From: a bacterium | GTDB lineage: Bacteria; Patescibacteriota; Microgenomatia; UBA1400; PJMF01 | Assembly: GCA_017431625.1 (NCBI GenBank) | Contig: JAFRKQ010000009.1 | Coordinates: 11,874-75,873, forward strand | Reading direction: 5' to 3' | DNA: 64,000 bases | Shown: positions 36,087 through 47,530 of the stretch, piece after piece | How the letters are laid out: each line of letters starts with the position of its first letter | Position numbering within the stretch: the stretch's first letter is position 1 | The notes under the pieces: model-generated | Seen by the model: only the letters and a program-made list of their open reading frames with translations | The model's database searches: none | What the model was told of the DNA's origin: nothing | Program-made: the position numbers and the translations under genes

Positions 36087-36501
36087 TGTTGCGTTCCCTT
36101 TATTTTCAATTCTCAGTCTACAGCTGTTGGGGTAAACTCTGACAGGAAGTCCACAACCCAACTGCTTGAGGTTAATTATAGCATGATTGGGGAGTTTTTG
36201 AGGAAGAGTATTTAAAGCTACTATGGGCAAATATTTGAGTTAAGTAAAAAAACGTGGGGTTTTACATTATTTTTGGCGGTATATACGTAAAATTGGCATT
36301 ATTTTGCACTTTTTGAGTGCTAAATCTCGATATTTACCAGTGTTTAAACAAAAAAGTGCAGTTTTATCTGTGTGAGATTTTATTTAACTCACCTTTATTG
36401 AACAATTTTTGTGTTCAAGTGTGAGACATGTTAGTTTACCCTACGAAAGAAATATCGTGAATCTGCATGCAAATTTGACACAATTATAGTCATGATATAT
36501 A

Positions 36502-37764
36502 ATGAAAAAAATGAAGAACAGTCAATTATTAAGTAAAAATTTTCGATTTCTTGTGTTTTTGTTTATTCTCGCTACTTTAATTTCCATGATGTATTTATAC
36601 TATCACCATAATTTCTACGTTAATAACAAAGAAGCTGAGATAACGATGACAGAAGTTGCCGAAGCGTCACTACCACATTACATGTCAGATCAACCTAATG
36701 CAGCTGATGAAGATCAGGGAAACAGATTTGGTTTGGGCGTAGTTGGCTTCATTTTTGATAATTATCTGTTTACAACTTTTGATAATGATATCGTAAGAAT
36801 CAATCTCAGTGCTCAAGAGTTGGAAAGTCAGGAACATCTTACTCTTGATTTTTGGAATAACTTGTTACAAGACGAAAGATTTACTGCACGTATACCTTAT
36901 CATATTAATTCGGATACAAATGATGAGATTGTTTTGAGCAATGGGCACGGCAGCATCATCGCGCAAAGAATAATTAATCTTGGCAATAATGGTGAAGAAG
37001 GATTTACTGGCCATGGAATAATGCTGCAAAAAGATTCTGGATTATATATTGACATTATAAACGATCAAGGTCTGCACTCACTCTATCACTTAGCTTACGG
37101 TGGTGCTAATCCTCTTCTTTTGAGCGATCAAATTTCAGGACAGCACCCTTTAATCACTGAAAAAAGAATCGGTGATGAAATCGCAATTTTGTTCACTTAT
37201 CGAGACCGTCGCTTGGAAGACAAGTTTCCTGAAGAAACACACAATGCTTATCTGTATTTACCCACTGAAAAGAAATTTGTCGTGCTATTTGAATTTTATG
37301 ATTTTATTGGGCAAGATGCGCAAGGAAATATATATGCCCGCGAACCAAACTCAGGTAAAATTTACCAATGGCAATTAGACATGTCAGATCATGATGTGCG
37401 TATAAACTATTGGTCGACTGCGCTTCCAAAAAGCATGAATGCACATAGTTGGGATTCTGATTATAGATTGGTCAATAATACTATGTACTTCCTTTCTGAT
37501 GATAAAAAAATGTACATCATCTCGTTGGAAAATCGAGAAATGAAACTCCTTTACAATTTTAATGATTTTTTTACCAACCATAAATACAATATTGATAATT
37601 GGTATGTTGAGCGAATTAAAGATGGTCGGTTTGGGATTTGTTTGTGTAGCTTTGAGCATATGAATGAAAACAATCAAAACAGCTTTTATGATCTCAATAC
37701 TCGCGAATTTATCGAAGACATTGACGACTGTTTTGGCCACGCGCACGCTTGGTTTTGTGGTTAA
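36502..37764 (+). CDS. hypothetical signal-anchored protein
   Basis: 420-aa ORF; N-terminal TM FRFLVFLFILATLISMMYLYY; no known domain. Confidence 0.5.
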   Translation: MKKMKNSQLLSKNFRFLVFLFILATLISMMYLYYHHNFYVNNKEAEITMTEVAEASLPHYMSDQPNAADEDQGNRFGLGVVGFIFDNYLFTTFDNDIVRINLSAQELESQEHLTLDFWNNLLQDERFTARIPYHINSDTNDEIVLSNGHGSIIAQRIINLGNNGEEGFTGHGIMLQKDSGLYIDIINDQGLHSLYHLAYGGANPLLLSDQISGQHPLITEKRIGDEIAILFTYRDRRLEDKFPEETHNAYLYLPTEKKFVVLFEFYDFIGQDAQGNIYAREPNSGKIYQWQLDMSDHDVRINYWSTALPKSMNAHSWDSDYRLVNNTMYFLSDDKKMYIISLENREMKLLYNFNDFFTNHKYNIDNWYVERIKDGRFGICLCSFEHMNENNQNSFYDLNTREFIEDIDDCFGHAHAWFCG

Positions 37765-37970
37765 AAAGCCGTTGCAATTAGAATTGATTGACTGGACAAA
37801 TAACATTGGCTATCCAAATAATCTGTTTAGGTCTCAGGTCTGGCGATAAGTGAGAGGCACGAAACAGGTGTGGATTATAATACACAAAAACCCTCCCCCA
37901 CTTTGTCAGTGAGAGAGGGCGAAACGAAATAAGAAAAGTAGTAAGACTGCAAAGCTAATGATTGTCAGTG

Positions 37971-38400
37971 TCAGGGTGTATTTCCTAGGAGGCACCGAAC
38001 TGAGAAGCCACCCCACTTCGCACATGCACCCGTGTAGCTGAAATGATCACCACGAGCGTCCATGATGTAAGCGCCTGAATTGGAAGTTCTTTCATTAGTA
38101 GAAGACCACCATTGTGAATGTTTGTCCTGATAATACACCATGCTGGAATTTGCACCACCGCCGGTACCAGCGAGAGTACTCTTACCAGTGGCATTCCAAG
38201 GACTGGGTGCCTCACTAACGTTATCATCACCAGTGCCACCAGTTTTAGTCACACGGAAAAATTTTTTTTGAGAGTTAACTGCGTCAGCAAGTCGATACCA
38301 TTCACTAGCATTAGAGTCCGTGGGCACATGCCAGCCCAGTGGACAGATATCGTGAGTGGCCAGTCTTTCTTGTAAGCTAGCACTATCACCAGCATTGGTA
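37971..38400 (-). pseudogene. 5'-truncated fragment of a Fibrobacter-paralogous-domain protein gene
   Basis: Encodes ...CPLGWHVPTDSNASEWYRL...WGGFSVRCLLGN, the C-terminal half of the domain, but has an upstream in-frame stop and no signal peptide; followed 3' by the conserved cgaaacgaaataagaaaagtagtaagactgcaaa module. Confidence 0.5.
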
Positions 38401-38760
38401 ATCTCTGGAAGAAGCGAAAACCGCTACCTCACTAAAAGATTATGCTCGGACCGACTTGCGTCATCCGCTTCTTTTCACCTTTTAGTGATCTTCACATTAA
38501 TTCTATTTTGAAACAAAAAAATACGAAAGCATATAATAAACAGCGTGAAGTTTACCAGGCTTGTAGCAAAACGTCAGTAATACCGTATCCGACTCTCATT
38601 GGATTGTGTGATGATAATGAGTGCTAAGTGTTAGTCTCAAATGTAATGGCATCACATCTTACCTTGACAGCTGAGCGGGTGTATGATTAAATATAGGAGT
38701 ATGCTAAATAAGTATTCCAAATTCTTAGTTGTTGTAGTTGTTTCTTGATTTTGTACAATT

Positions 38761-39990
38761 ATGATTGCTATGCTTCTACAGTTGATGTCTTTCAAAGAAA
38801 ATGAACACAATCAAATTGCTAGTCTTAGTGAAACAGCTATTGATGGTAGTGGTATTGTGGAAAATACTAGTGATAATCAGCATCCCGCTAATCAAGTAGA
38901 AGAACAAGAAAACGATGCGCAAAAAGAATCACTGCCATCCACATTAACCGTTAGCGATATTGAATGGCAAGGTTATCAACTTGCTGTTTATGATCGTTCT
39001 TACTACAGCGATGAATACGTTCCTTTTGTTCAAAATGATGGTACTACCATTCAACAACAAATAGTTGAATCAGAGCAAATATTAGTTGGGTTTCCAAAAG
39101 GAATAGTACCGATAGCTTCCAATATTAGTCAAGCGAAAGTCATTTATAACTTCGGTGCTGTCAACGGTACATCATTTAATGATATATCATTTTATCAAAT
39201 TGATGATGACATTTACTTGAAACGAAGTTGTGTTGATTGTATGGGAAGTGAAGCAATTTATCGATTGACTGAAGATGGCCAAATGATGGAGGTTTTGGCG
39301 CCAATCGGTGTCATAATTAGTGGCGATCCTGAGTCCTTATTTTACGACTCGCACACTGATGCCAAAAATGCCAAATTTATTGTATCTGGAGCCGGTGAGG
39401 CATGCGCCGGTATAAACCAAGTTTATTATTATTCGCCAAACTCTAATCAAATCCTCATGGTTGGAGAATTTGACATTAGAGATGGTGACAGAGATCGTTA
39501 TTTGACGATCGACTCAAATGACCGAATTATTACTGCAAGCGCACGGCCAGTAGTAAAAGGCGACGGCAGTAATTGTAGTATATATGAATTGACAGCGATC
39601 AAGGCAATTACTGTTGATCCATATACCAATCAACAAAAAGAGGAAATTCTACTTCCAGATTTACCAGCCGTTCATGAAAATTTCGTTAAAGTATTAGACC
39701 GACAAACGATCGCTTTTCTTAAAGATAGCGTAGTTTGGCATTATGATTTAGTATCTGGACAATTATCAGAGTTGATTGATATTAGCGATTTAGATCGCCA
39801 ATATGCACCCAATAGTCAATGTCGGAATTATTATCTTTTTCAAGAAGAGAATAGCAATTACAAATGGAAAAGATTTTGTCAAAATGATGAAGGTGAGATT
39901 GGTTATCTTGTCTTTCTTGATATGAAAACTGGTCTAATAAGTCAATCGCGTTTGGAAAACAGTTCCGATGCAAAACATGTTGAATATTAG
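38761..39990 (+). CDS. hypothetical protein
   Basis: 409-aa ORF, acidic N-terminus, no recognisable domain. Confidence 0.5.
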   Translation: MIAMLLQLMSFKENEHNQIASLSETAIDGSGIVENTSDNQHPANQVEEQENDAQKESLPSTLTVSDIEWQGYQLAVYDRSYYSDEYVPFVQNDGTTIQQQIVESEQILVGFPKGIVPIASNISQAKVIYNFGAVNGTSFNDISFYQIDDDIYLKRSCVDCMGSEAIYRLTEDGQMMEVLAPIGVIISGDPESLFYDSHTDAKNAKFIVSGAGEACAGINQVYYYSPNSNQILMVGEFDIRDGDRDRYLTIDSNDRIITASARPVVKGDGSNCSIYELTAIKAITVDPYTNQQKEEILLPDLPAVHENFVKVLDRQTIAFLKDSVVWHYDLVSGQLSELIDISDLDRQYAPNSQCRNYYLFQEENSNYKWKRFCQNDEGEIGYLVFLDMKTGLISQSRLENSSDAKHVEY

Positions 39991-40177
39991 TGAATGACAA
40001 CTTTTTCAAGATCTTTCAAGATTAAGTTCATAGTCAAGCTTGGCGCCAAGTTCTCAATTTAATCAACAGCCAATTGTGTTTTTAATTACTGAGTATACAC
40101 ACGTTATAGCCACGTCGTAGCCACTCATCGCGATTTACAATTATTTTTGGTAATTTCTCCACAAGTTGTGGAGAAAA

Positions 40178-40320
40178 CTGGCGGGAGATCCGAGCCCAGT
40201 TACTAGAGGTTGATTATAACATGATTAAGAAGTTTTTACAGCGGGAAAGTGTGTGGAAGTAATTATCAAATGATTAATTACTATAGGTATTGACAAAAAA
40301 TTTAATTTGTGATAAAGTGG
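40178..40320 (+). repeat. upstream module copy 1 (3' 80 bp of the conserved small ORF plus TTGACA promoter), identical over 70 bp to copy 2
   Basis: tggcgggagatccgagcccagttactagaggttgattataacatgattaagaagtttttacagcgggaaa shared with 42116-42186. Confidence 0.8.
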
Positions 40321-40324
40321 ATAT

Positions 40325-41413
40325 ATGTTAAACAAGAGGAATCAAATTATAACAAACACTGAGGCTGTAAACTTCACTATTGATGAGTCTGGATTATATG
40401 CAATTACTATTATCGCTCGATGTGAAAAAACACAGGAGCTGAGAATTGAAGTTGATAGCCAATATTTTAGAGAAATCAACCCAAGTAAATATGTCCAAAA
40501 ATACAAAATTCCACCTTCTTGGAATGGAAATTCGCTTTTGGGTGCCGCACAAATAAACATTTTTATTGTTAATTTAAACAAGGGTAAACATTCTCTGTCT
40601 TTCATTCCTAAAGGCCAAGCAGAAATAATTAATTGGAATTATTCGTCAATAAATAAAGATAAATCCGAGTTTGCATTTAATTTACAATCTGAGTATCGTA
40701 ATATCCAGCCATGGATAAATTTTATTCTTGTTGACATGCCCCTGGACTCAATAGTAGCAACAGCTACCACTTCATGGTATTGGCATGACGGAGACGATTT
40801 ACAGCTGAAAATTGATGGAAGAATAAGGCAAGGTAAGCACAGTGAAAAGAATAAAAACTGGCTCTGGCACGCTTTATGCGGAATGAGTGATAGATCGCAA
40901 ACTTTTGATTTAATGACTCATCTACACAAAGGGCGACATACGATAGAATTCATTGCCGATGGCAAACCAACATTACACAATGTGACATTACGTTTTTTTG
41001 GTGATAAACATAAAGAACTTAGTTTTAGAGAAAAAATGATTGACGAGTCCGTTAGACGTGAATTCCCAAATGCTCAGAAGCTTGATTGCTATACAGAATA
41101 CTATGGAGTTAAAAACAAACCAGCTCTAATAATTTATAACGGTGGCGAAGAGCCAAAAGCAACAGACTATCGTGTCTATTATTGGATTAATCCCGGGTGG
41201 ATACCAATTTATTTGTATGATAAAAACCATAAAAGTGAAACCAAATTTGATCTAGGCATTAATATTGAACGCCCACAGCCAGATGGCGCCCAACCTCTAC
41301 CTGAGGGTTGGCTAGCTTTTAATATAGGCACCACACTGCGAGTGCTCTATACTCCTTTTGATATTTGGGATTGGAATGACGATACTCGCTGGGCAGTATA
41401 TAAAGTAAAATAA
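40325..41413 (+). CDS. hypothetical protein with two internal repeated beta-rich domains
   Basis: ELRIEVDSQYF...KGKHSLSFIPKGQAEI and LQLKIDGRI...KGRHTIEFIADGKPTL repeat; no signal peptide. Confidence 0.5.
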   Translation: MLNKRNQIITNTEAVNFTIDESGLYAITIIARCEKTQELRIEVDSQYFREINPSKYVQKYKIPPSWNGNSLLGAAQINIFIVNLNKGKHSLSFIPKGQAEIINWNYSSINKDKSEFAFNLQSEYRNIQPWINFILVDMPLDSIVATATTSWYWHDGDDLQLKIDGRIRQGKHSEKNKNWLWHALCGMSDRSQTFDLMTHLHKGRHTIEFIADGKPTLHNVTLRFFGDKHKELSFREKMIDESVRREFPNAQKLDCYTEYYGVKNKPALIIYNGGEEPKATDYRVYYWINPGWIPIYLYDKNHKSETKFDLGINIERPQPDGAQPLPEGWLAFNIGTTLRVLYTPFDIWDWNDDTRWAVYKVK

Positions 41414-41417
41414 ATTT

Positions 41418-41855
41418 ATGCAAGTCGATTGGTATTGGGTGAGTGCATTGCCCACAGCAATGTGGAGTGCGGTGGCATATTTGCCATTTGTTATGATCTG
41501 TTTTGCCAATTCATTGATATTGCCTTTGCCGTGGCAAATTAAAACATCTGGTAAGAAAATTTGCTACTTGGGTTGGTTATTATTTGCAATGATGACAACT
41601 GCATTTCAAACGGGAATGTGTTTATTAACTTTTAGAGAAAGTGATTGGACGCTTGATGAGAAATTATGCATTTATTTTAATCTAGTAGTCTTTGACATTG
41701 TAATATCCTACATGATATTAATGTTTGTATGTTTGATTTTCAAACAGTTTAGAAAAACAAGATTATTAAAAATAATCATTAGATTCTTAACTTATTTAAT
41801 TTGTTGGTGGGGCGTACTTGAATTGTTTATATTACCAAGCCTAATAAATCATTGA
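41418..41855 (+). CDS. hypothetical 4-TM membrane protein
   Basis: 145-aa hydrophobic ORF 4 bp after the preceding gene; palindromic stem ccagaca-c-tgtctgg at 41873-41888 downstream. Confidence 0.45.
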   Translation: MQVDWYWVSALPTAMWSAVAYLPFVMICFANSLILPLPWQIKTSGKKICYLGWLLFAMMTTAFQTGMCLLTFRESDWTLDEKLCIYFNLVVFDIVISYMILMFVCLIFKQFRKTRLLKIIIRFLTYLICWWGVLELFILPSLINH

Positions 41856-42027
41856 ATGCTTTAACTTAATTTTCCAGACACTGTCTGGCGAATTATTTGT
41901 GGTCCCAGTGTTAAATTTACTTGACACACCATTTCGTTAGTATACGCCGGTATTTGTGAAACACAATGCCGCAAGCAATTAATATACCCTCTATATATTA
42001 ATGCAAACTAAAAAAATGACCAACTCT

Positions 42028-42259
42028 CAAAAACCTTTGCTCGAACCCGACAAAAACCTTGATCAATCAGATAATAATTCGTCAAATTCTGGAGAAAATC
42101 CTCTCAGGGGTGATCTCTGGCGGGAGATCCGAGCCCAGTTACTAGAGGTTGATTATAACATGATTAAGAAGTTTTTACAGCGGGAAAATATGTGACAATA
42201 ATTGTCAAATAATTTATTATTATAGGTATTGACAAGAAAGTCATAGTGTGGTATAAATA
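42028..42259 (+). repeat. upstream module copy 2: conserved small ORF (42001-42195) plus TTGACA...TGgTATAAAT promoter
   Basis: Aligns with 43608-43848; encoded peptide ...NPLRGDLWREIRAQLLEVDYNMIKKFLQRENM versus ...NPLRGDFWLKVRTQLLEVDYSMIREFLKREML. Confidence 0.75.
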
Positions 42260-43430
42260 ATGTCTATTAAATATAAGAAAGACAAAATGACCAAACAATT
42301 AAAATCGCTGACGATTTTGGACAAAGATTACATTAGTTGGATCGATGAATTATCTTCTCGTTATCGCCAAAGTCAAGTAAAAGCAGCAGTTAAGGTCAAC
42401 ACTGAAATGCTGCGGTTTTACTATGATTTGGGGAAAGACATTGTTACTCTCAAAGCTGAAAGCAAATGGGGCAGCGGTTTCATGAAAAATTTGAGCCACG
42501 ACCTGAAACTTAAAAATCCAAGTGCTGCATGTTTTTCTTTGGTTAATTTACACTATATGAAGAATTTTTACTTGCTATATCACTCATTAATAGATTTTTC
42601 TTCCAAAAATGATGAAGAGCTTGTGAATACTCTAATTGTTCAGCAACTTGCTGAACAATTAGATCAGGCAGACTTTTTCCAGCAAGTTGCTGAAAAAATT
42701 AAAAGTGACATCTTTTCGACCCCTTGGGGTCATCATATGATTTTGATTGATAAATTTAAATCAGAACCAAATAAAGCTCTGTTTTTTGTCCATCAGACGG
42801 TAGACAATGGTTGGAGCCGTGACATGCTACTTAATTTTATTGATACCGATCTATACGAAAGGCAAGGGAAAGCGCTGACGAATTTCAAGAGAACCCTGCC
42901 AGACGTCAATAGTGATTTGGCACAAGAAATCACCAAAGATCCATATAATTTTGCTTTTACTGGTATTACCAATAAATACAATGAGCGTAAACTGAAAGAT
43001 ACTTTATTAACCAATATCGCTCAGTTTTTGATTGAACTTGGCACTGGTTTTGCCTATGTGGGCAAAGAGTATCGGCTGCAAATTGGTGACACTGAAAAGT
43101 TTGTTGATTTGCTTTTTTACAATCTGAGTCTATCTTGTTATGTTGTGATTGAAGTTAAGATTGGCAAATTTGATTTTGCCGATTTAGGACAACTTGGTGG
43201 TTACGTAGTTTCATGTAATAGGTCGTGATAACCCTACCATTGGCCTTTTGATTTGTAAACAAAAAGATAATATAGTGGCTCAATATGCACTCGAGTCTAG
43301 TAGCCAGCCTTTAGGGATTTCTGAATACGAATTACAGAAATTGTATCCAGAAAAAGTTGAAGGAACGGTACCGACAATTGAGGAGATAGAAAAGAAATTA
43401 AAAGAAAATAACAATGATTACGATAAATGA
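42260..43430 (+). pseudogene. YhcG-like (DUF1016/PD-(D/E)XK) gene, copy 2, frameshifted near 43215
   Basis: Frame 1 ends ...FADLGQLGGYVVSCNRS*; the +1 frame continues GRDNPTIGLLICKQKDNIVAQYAL..., matching the intact copy 43849-44952. Confidence 0.6.
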
Positions 43431-43607
43431 ATGATTCTATGTCTCAAAAATATGATTTCAGTCAAACACATGGAGAGTTGAATCCAACTTTGCCGACAAA
43501 AGGTTTTACTAATGAACAAATAGAATCCGGCAACATGATAATCAAATCGACTTCCAGAGACAATGAAAAGTAATGTAATTCTATGTCAAATAAGCCACCA
43601 TCTATCG

Positions 43608-43848
43608 CCCAAACCCTTGCTCAAACCCACTCAAAACCTTGATCAATCAGATAATAATTCGTCAAATTCTGAAGAAAATCCTCTAAGGGGTGACTTCTGG
43701 TTGAAAGTCCGCACCCAGTTACTTGAGGTTGATTATAGCATGATTAGGGAGTTTTTGAAACGGGAAATGTTGTAACAACATATATCAAATAATAATTCGT
43801 TATAAGTATTGACAATAAAGTCATAGTGTGGTATAAATAATTCTAATT
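43608..43848 (+). repeat. upstream module copy 3: small ORF 43563-43775 plus promoter
   Basis: See 42028-42259. Confidence 0.75.
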
Positions 43849-44952
43849 ATGTCGACAGAGCAACGAAAGAAAGTGGGCAAATCAATACAGGCAAATGGCA
43901 GTGGAGCGATTTTCCCTATTGCTGAAAATCGTAAAGATATGCCGTCTGGTTATGAACATTTTATCCAAGAAATCATTTCTGATATTAAGCAACAGAAAGT
44001 AAAAACATTCTTAAATGCCAATACCGACATGATTTGTTTATATTGGAGAATTGGTAAACGAGTTTTAGAAAAACAGAATAAAGAGGGTTGGGGCGCTAAA
44101 GTGATAGACCGCATGGCTGTTGATTTAAAAGAGCAATTTCCAAATTCCCATGGATTTTCTCCGCGTAATATCAAATACATGCGTAAATTTGCTCAAACTT
44201 ATCCAGACATTAAATTTGTGCAACGGGTCGTTGCACAAATTCCTTGGCGAACGAATATAAGCCTAATGGAAAAATTGCATGATCAAGATAGTCGTCAGTG
44301 GTATGCTCAAAAGACTTTGGAAAATGGTTGGAGTCAAACAATTCTTGAACTACAAATTGACAGTAGGTTAATTGATAGAGAAGGTAAAACTGTTAATAAT
44401 TTCGCCAAAGCATTGCCAACGCCTGATTCTGATTTAGTTAATTATGTCTTCAAAGACCCATATATTTTTGACTTTTTAGGTACTGATGCTCCACGCCGAG
44501 AACTTGAAGTTGAGCAAGAATTAACAGAGCATATCCAAAAGTTTTTGTTAGAGCTGGGGCAAGGATTTGCTTTTGTGGGTCGTCAAGTCCACTTAGAAAT
44601 TGGCGACCATGACTTTTATCTTGATTTGTTATTCTATCACCTTAAGTTACGTTGCTATGTTGTTATCGAGTTGAAAGCCTGTGAATTTCAACCAGAATTT
44701 ATCAGTCAACTGAGTTTTTATCAAAACGTCGTTAATGACCTTTTGCGATCCCCAGAAGACAAACCAACAATTGGTTTACTGTTAGTTAAAGGCAAAAACA
44801 AAACCGTAGTTGAATACTCTCTAGAAGGATACACCAATCCCATTGGAATAGCTGATTGGAATGAAAAAATACCTGCTGCTATTCCTAATGATATTACTAG
44901 TAGTTTGCCAACCATTGAACAGATAGAGAGAGAATTGAATAGCGAGAAATAA
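43849..44952 (+). CDS. YhcG-like protein (DUF1016 plus PD-(D/E)XK nuclease-like), copy 3, intact
   Basis: GQGFAFVGRQVHLEIGDHDFYLDLLFYHLKLRCYVVIELKACEFQPEFISQLSFY. Confidence 0.75.
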   Translation: MSTEQRKKVGKSIQANGSGAIFPIAENRKDMPSGYEHFIQEIISDIKQQKVKTFLNANTDMICLYWRIGKRVLEKQNKEGWGAKVIDRMAVDLKEQFPNSHGFSPRNIKYMRKFAQTYPDIKFVQRVVAQIPWRTNISLMEKLHDQDSRQWYAQKTLENGWSQTILELQIDSRLIDREGKTVNNFAKALPTPDSDLVNYVFKDPYIFDFLGTDAPRRELEVEQELTEHIQKFLLELGQGFAFVGRQVHLEIGDHDFYLDLLFYHLKLRCYVVIELKACEFQPEFISQLSFYQNVVNDLLRSPEDKPTIGLLLVKGKNKTVVEYSLEGYTNPIGIADWNEKIPAAIPNDITSSLPTIEQIERELNSEK

Positions 44953-45165
44953 ATGATATAATCTAAGCATGTCAAAATTAATCTGTGGTTTTCTCATAGG
45001 AATAGTTGTCTTATAGCTGGTGTATTTTGCAAAACCTTTATCTTTTTTCAAACCAAATCCAACTCCCATGTCATCGACATTTTATTCTAGTCCAGAAAGA
45101 AGTATTAAAACAAAGAGTGTTAGCTCTGATCAGCCAACGATTGATTCGGAGATTATATTTTGGGC

Positions 45166-45420
45166 ATGACTGCTGACGATGTGCTTTTGGTAGGTACGGT
45201 TGAAGAGGTAGACGAGAATTATAATGGTGACTTTACACGAATTGATGCAATTAGCCTAGATATAGAAACTCAAGAAGTAACCAGAACTACTATTGTATCT
45301 GGCGAGGAATTATTAGGTGTTAGCACTAATGACGTTGAGGTAAATCGTGCAAACAGTTACTTTTTAATACATAAAAATGGAGAAGTAAAACAATACGATG
45401 TGACTATAGACTCGTTATAG
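45166..45420 (+). CDS. small hypothetical protein
   Basis: About 85-aa ORF; ATG at 45166 preferred to the TTG at 45160. Confidence 0.3.
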   Translation: MTADDVLLVGTVEEVDENYNGDFTRIDAISLDIETQEVTRTTIVSGEELLGVSTNDVEVNRANSYFLIHKNGEVKQYDVTIDSL

Positions 45421-45490
45421 AGTTCTGGCACTCGTTGCACTAATTCGAAAAATGGGGTTGAGTGTTCTTTTTGTTGATGACATGTTTTCC

Positions 45491-46141
45491 TCAAGCAAAT
45501 TCATCAATTTGTTCTTGTAAGTGTTTGAACACCAAAGCCACTAAATAACCATCAGCAATCGCGTGATTAAGTCGGACTGTCACCGGCATCAGCAACTGGC
45601 CGCTTTCTTCTCGATACTTACCCCAATTCACGATAGGCGGGAAAAATAAGTGTCCGTCTGGCAATTCCAAGTGAAGCGCATCATAAGACAACCATGGAAT
45701 AAACGAGGCGTCAAACCAATTGGGATGATTGGTCATATCTAATCCGTATTCTCTGGTGTGTTTGGCTCGTTCCACATCGCGCAAAGCAGCTGAGTAAAAT
45801 TTTTCATAATTCTCATAGTATCTTGTATACACGGGCGTGCAAGTTTCCGTGTCCTCATGAAACACATATTGAGTCGGATTAATGACGTCATAGCAGATTA
45901 GTTCATTAGTTTCGTACAGAAAACTCATTTTATAATCGTCACGAGAATTGAGGACTTTACAAAGCAGATAGAGGAAGTTGATGTAAAACTTTGTATGAGT
46001 TTTTTGAGAGTATTGTACTAGCGGTGTGACATTTATCTTTGCGGTTATGCTGATAGAGCACTTGCAATCTTGAGTAAAATGGCGATAAACGCCAGCGCGG
46101 TAGTATTTTTGCGGGTCAATAGTTTTGTAGTTTTTTGACAT
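45491..46141 (-). CDS. chloramphenicol-acetyltransferase-family (type A CAT-like) acetyltransferase
   Basis: 216 aa; [26 protein letters not shown]...[21 protein letters not shown] parallels CAT [26 protein letters not shown]...[37 protein letters not shown] parallels the catalytic LMPLAIQVHHAVCDGF. Confidence 0.75.
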   Translation of the reverse strand: [216 protein letters not shown]

Positions 46142-46179
46142 ACATCAACATTCCTGTCAACTGACGAGTATTCTCTGGT

Positions 46180-46255
<76 letters not shown>

Positions 46256-46344
46256 ATCTCAAAAAGCAGACAAGTGTATTATACCACAAAAACCATCATT
46301 TTAGCTGACATTTTTTACTGTTCACAAAATTTACTCAATAACAT

Positions 46345-46395
46345 CATTTTGTTAAACGTTTGTTAAACGCTCACCTCTGGATTTTCGTAACACCC
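46345..46395 (+). repeat. degenerate relic of the cassette-boundary repeat (R10)
   Basis: ttgttaaacgtttgttaaacgctcacctctggattttcgtaacacc retains the two GTTAAACG units and the cacatctgg block. Confidence 0.55.
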
Positions 46396-46431
46396 AAAAA
46401 CAGAAAATATTATAGGATATTTACAATTTTT

Positions 46432-47454
46432 CTACAATTGTGGCCACCAAGCACCGATTTCCTCCACTCCAGTCAGCAGCATCACCACCCGGTCCACCCC
46501 CAGTCCTATCCCAGCATAAGTGTGGCCAGATTTTTGCATCCGAGCAATATCCGCCAACATCCCCTCATCAAGAGGCGGCGCAAACTCACCACGCCGCTGG
46601 CGCGCGACAATCTCCGCGTCAAAAAGAGCGCGAATAGCGGCTGCATCTAGCTGTTCGCTATTGCCATTGCCCAACTCCATGCCACCTACATAGACCTCAA
46701 ACCGCTCCGCCAACCACGGCCGATCACGCCGCGGCCGACACAAAGGCGACAGGCAGGCAGGAAAATCAAGCAAAAAAAACGGTTCACTTGGCAAAGTCGG
46801 TTCAATTTCATTGAGAAAGAGTTGGTTGAAAAGTTGCTCCCAGTCACTCCCCTCAGTCTGATAACCGCGATCGCGGGCCAATTGTGTTATTGCTGACAAG
46901 TCCAAAATTTCCTTAATTGATACGCCAAATTTCTCTTGCCAGAGCGCTTCCACGCTCAACGTGCGCCAGCGCGACCAATCGTATTTTTGACCTTGGTACT
47001 CAATCGCAGTCTTTCCTGTCAGTCGTCGCGTCAGAAAGCACAAAAGCTCACGTGTATCGTCCATAATTTGCTGATAGTCACAATCCACCCGGTACCACTC
47101 CAACATCAAAAACTCCGGGTGATGTGTTGGCCCCACCCCTTCGAGATTGCGGGCGCAATGCCCGATGCTATAGCAATCCCCTGCCCCTAAACTTAAATAA
47201 TGTTTCATCGCCCGCTCAGGCGACAGTGGCAAAAAAAGCTCGCTACTGACACGCTCCTGACCCAGATAACGATCCCAACGTGTCACAAAAGGATAAATCG
47301 TCGGCTCGGCGGGCACGCCGGGTTGCAACACCGGACAAATCAGCTCTTGAAAACCACGCTCATCCAGCCAGGCACGAATCAGTTTGATGACCTGCATGCG
47401 GGCTACCTGTTGCTTATAATACACATTTTCTGATTGGTTTTTTCGCATTAACAT
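46432..47454 (-). CDS. epmA: EF-P lysine ligase EpmA (PoxA/GenX; truncated class II lysyl-tRNA synthetase paralog)
   Basis: HHPEFLMLEWYRVDCDYQQIMDDTRELL, AERFEVYVGGMELGNGNSEQLD and GIGLGVDRVVMLLTG parallel E. coli EpmA motifs 1-3. Confidence 0.8.
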   Translation of the reverse strand: MLMRKNQSENVYYKQQVARMQVIKLIRAWLDERGFQELICPVLQPGVPAEPTIYPFVTRWDRYLGQERVSSELFLPLSPERAMKHYLSLGAGDCYSIGHCARNLEGVGPTHHPEFLMLEWYRVDCDYQQIMDDTRELLCFLTRRLTGKTAIEYQGQKYDWSRWRTLSVEALWQEKFGVSIKEILDLSAITQLARDRGYQTEGSDWEQLFNQLFLNEIEPTLPSEPFFLLDFPACLSPLCRPRRDRPWLAERFEVYVGGMELGNGNSEQLDAAAIRALFDAEIVARQRRGEFAPPLDEGMLADIARMQKSGHTYAGIGLGVDRVVMLLTGVEEIGAWWPQL

Positions 47455-47530
47455 CGTTGACTTAATTTATACAAAATAATTACTTTTTACCTACACATCA
47501 CTATATTTACAATTGACGCAAAAACACAAC

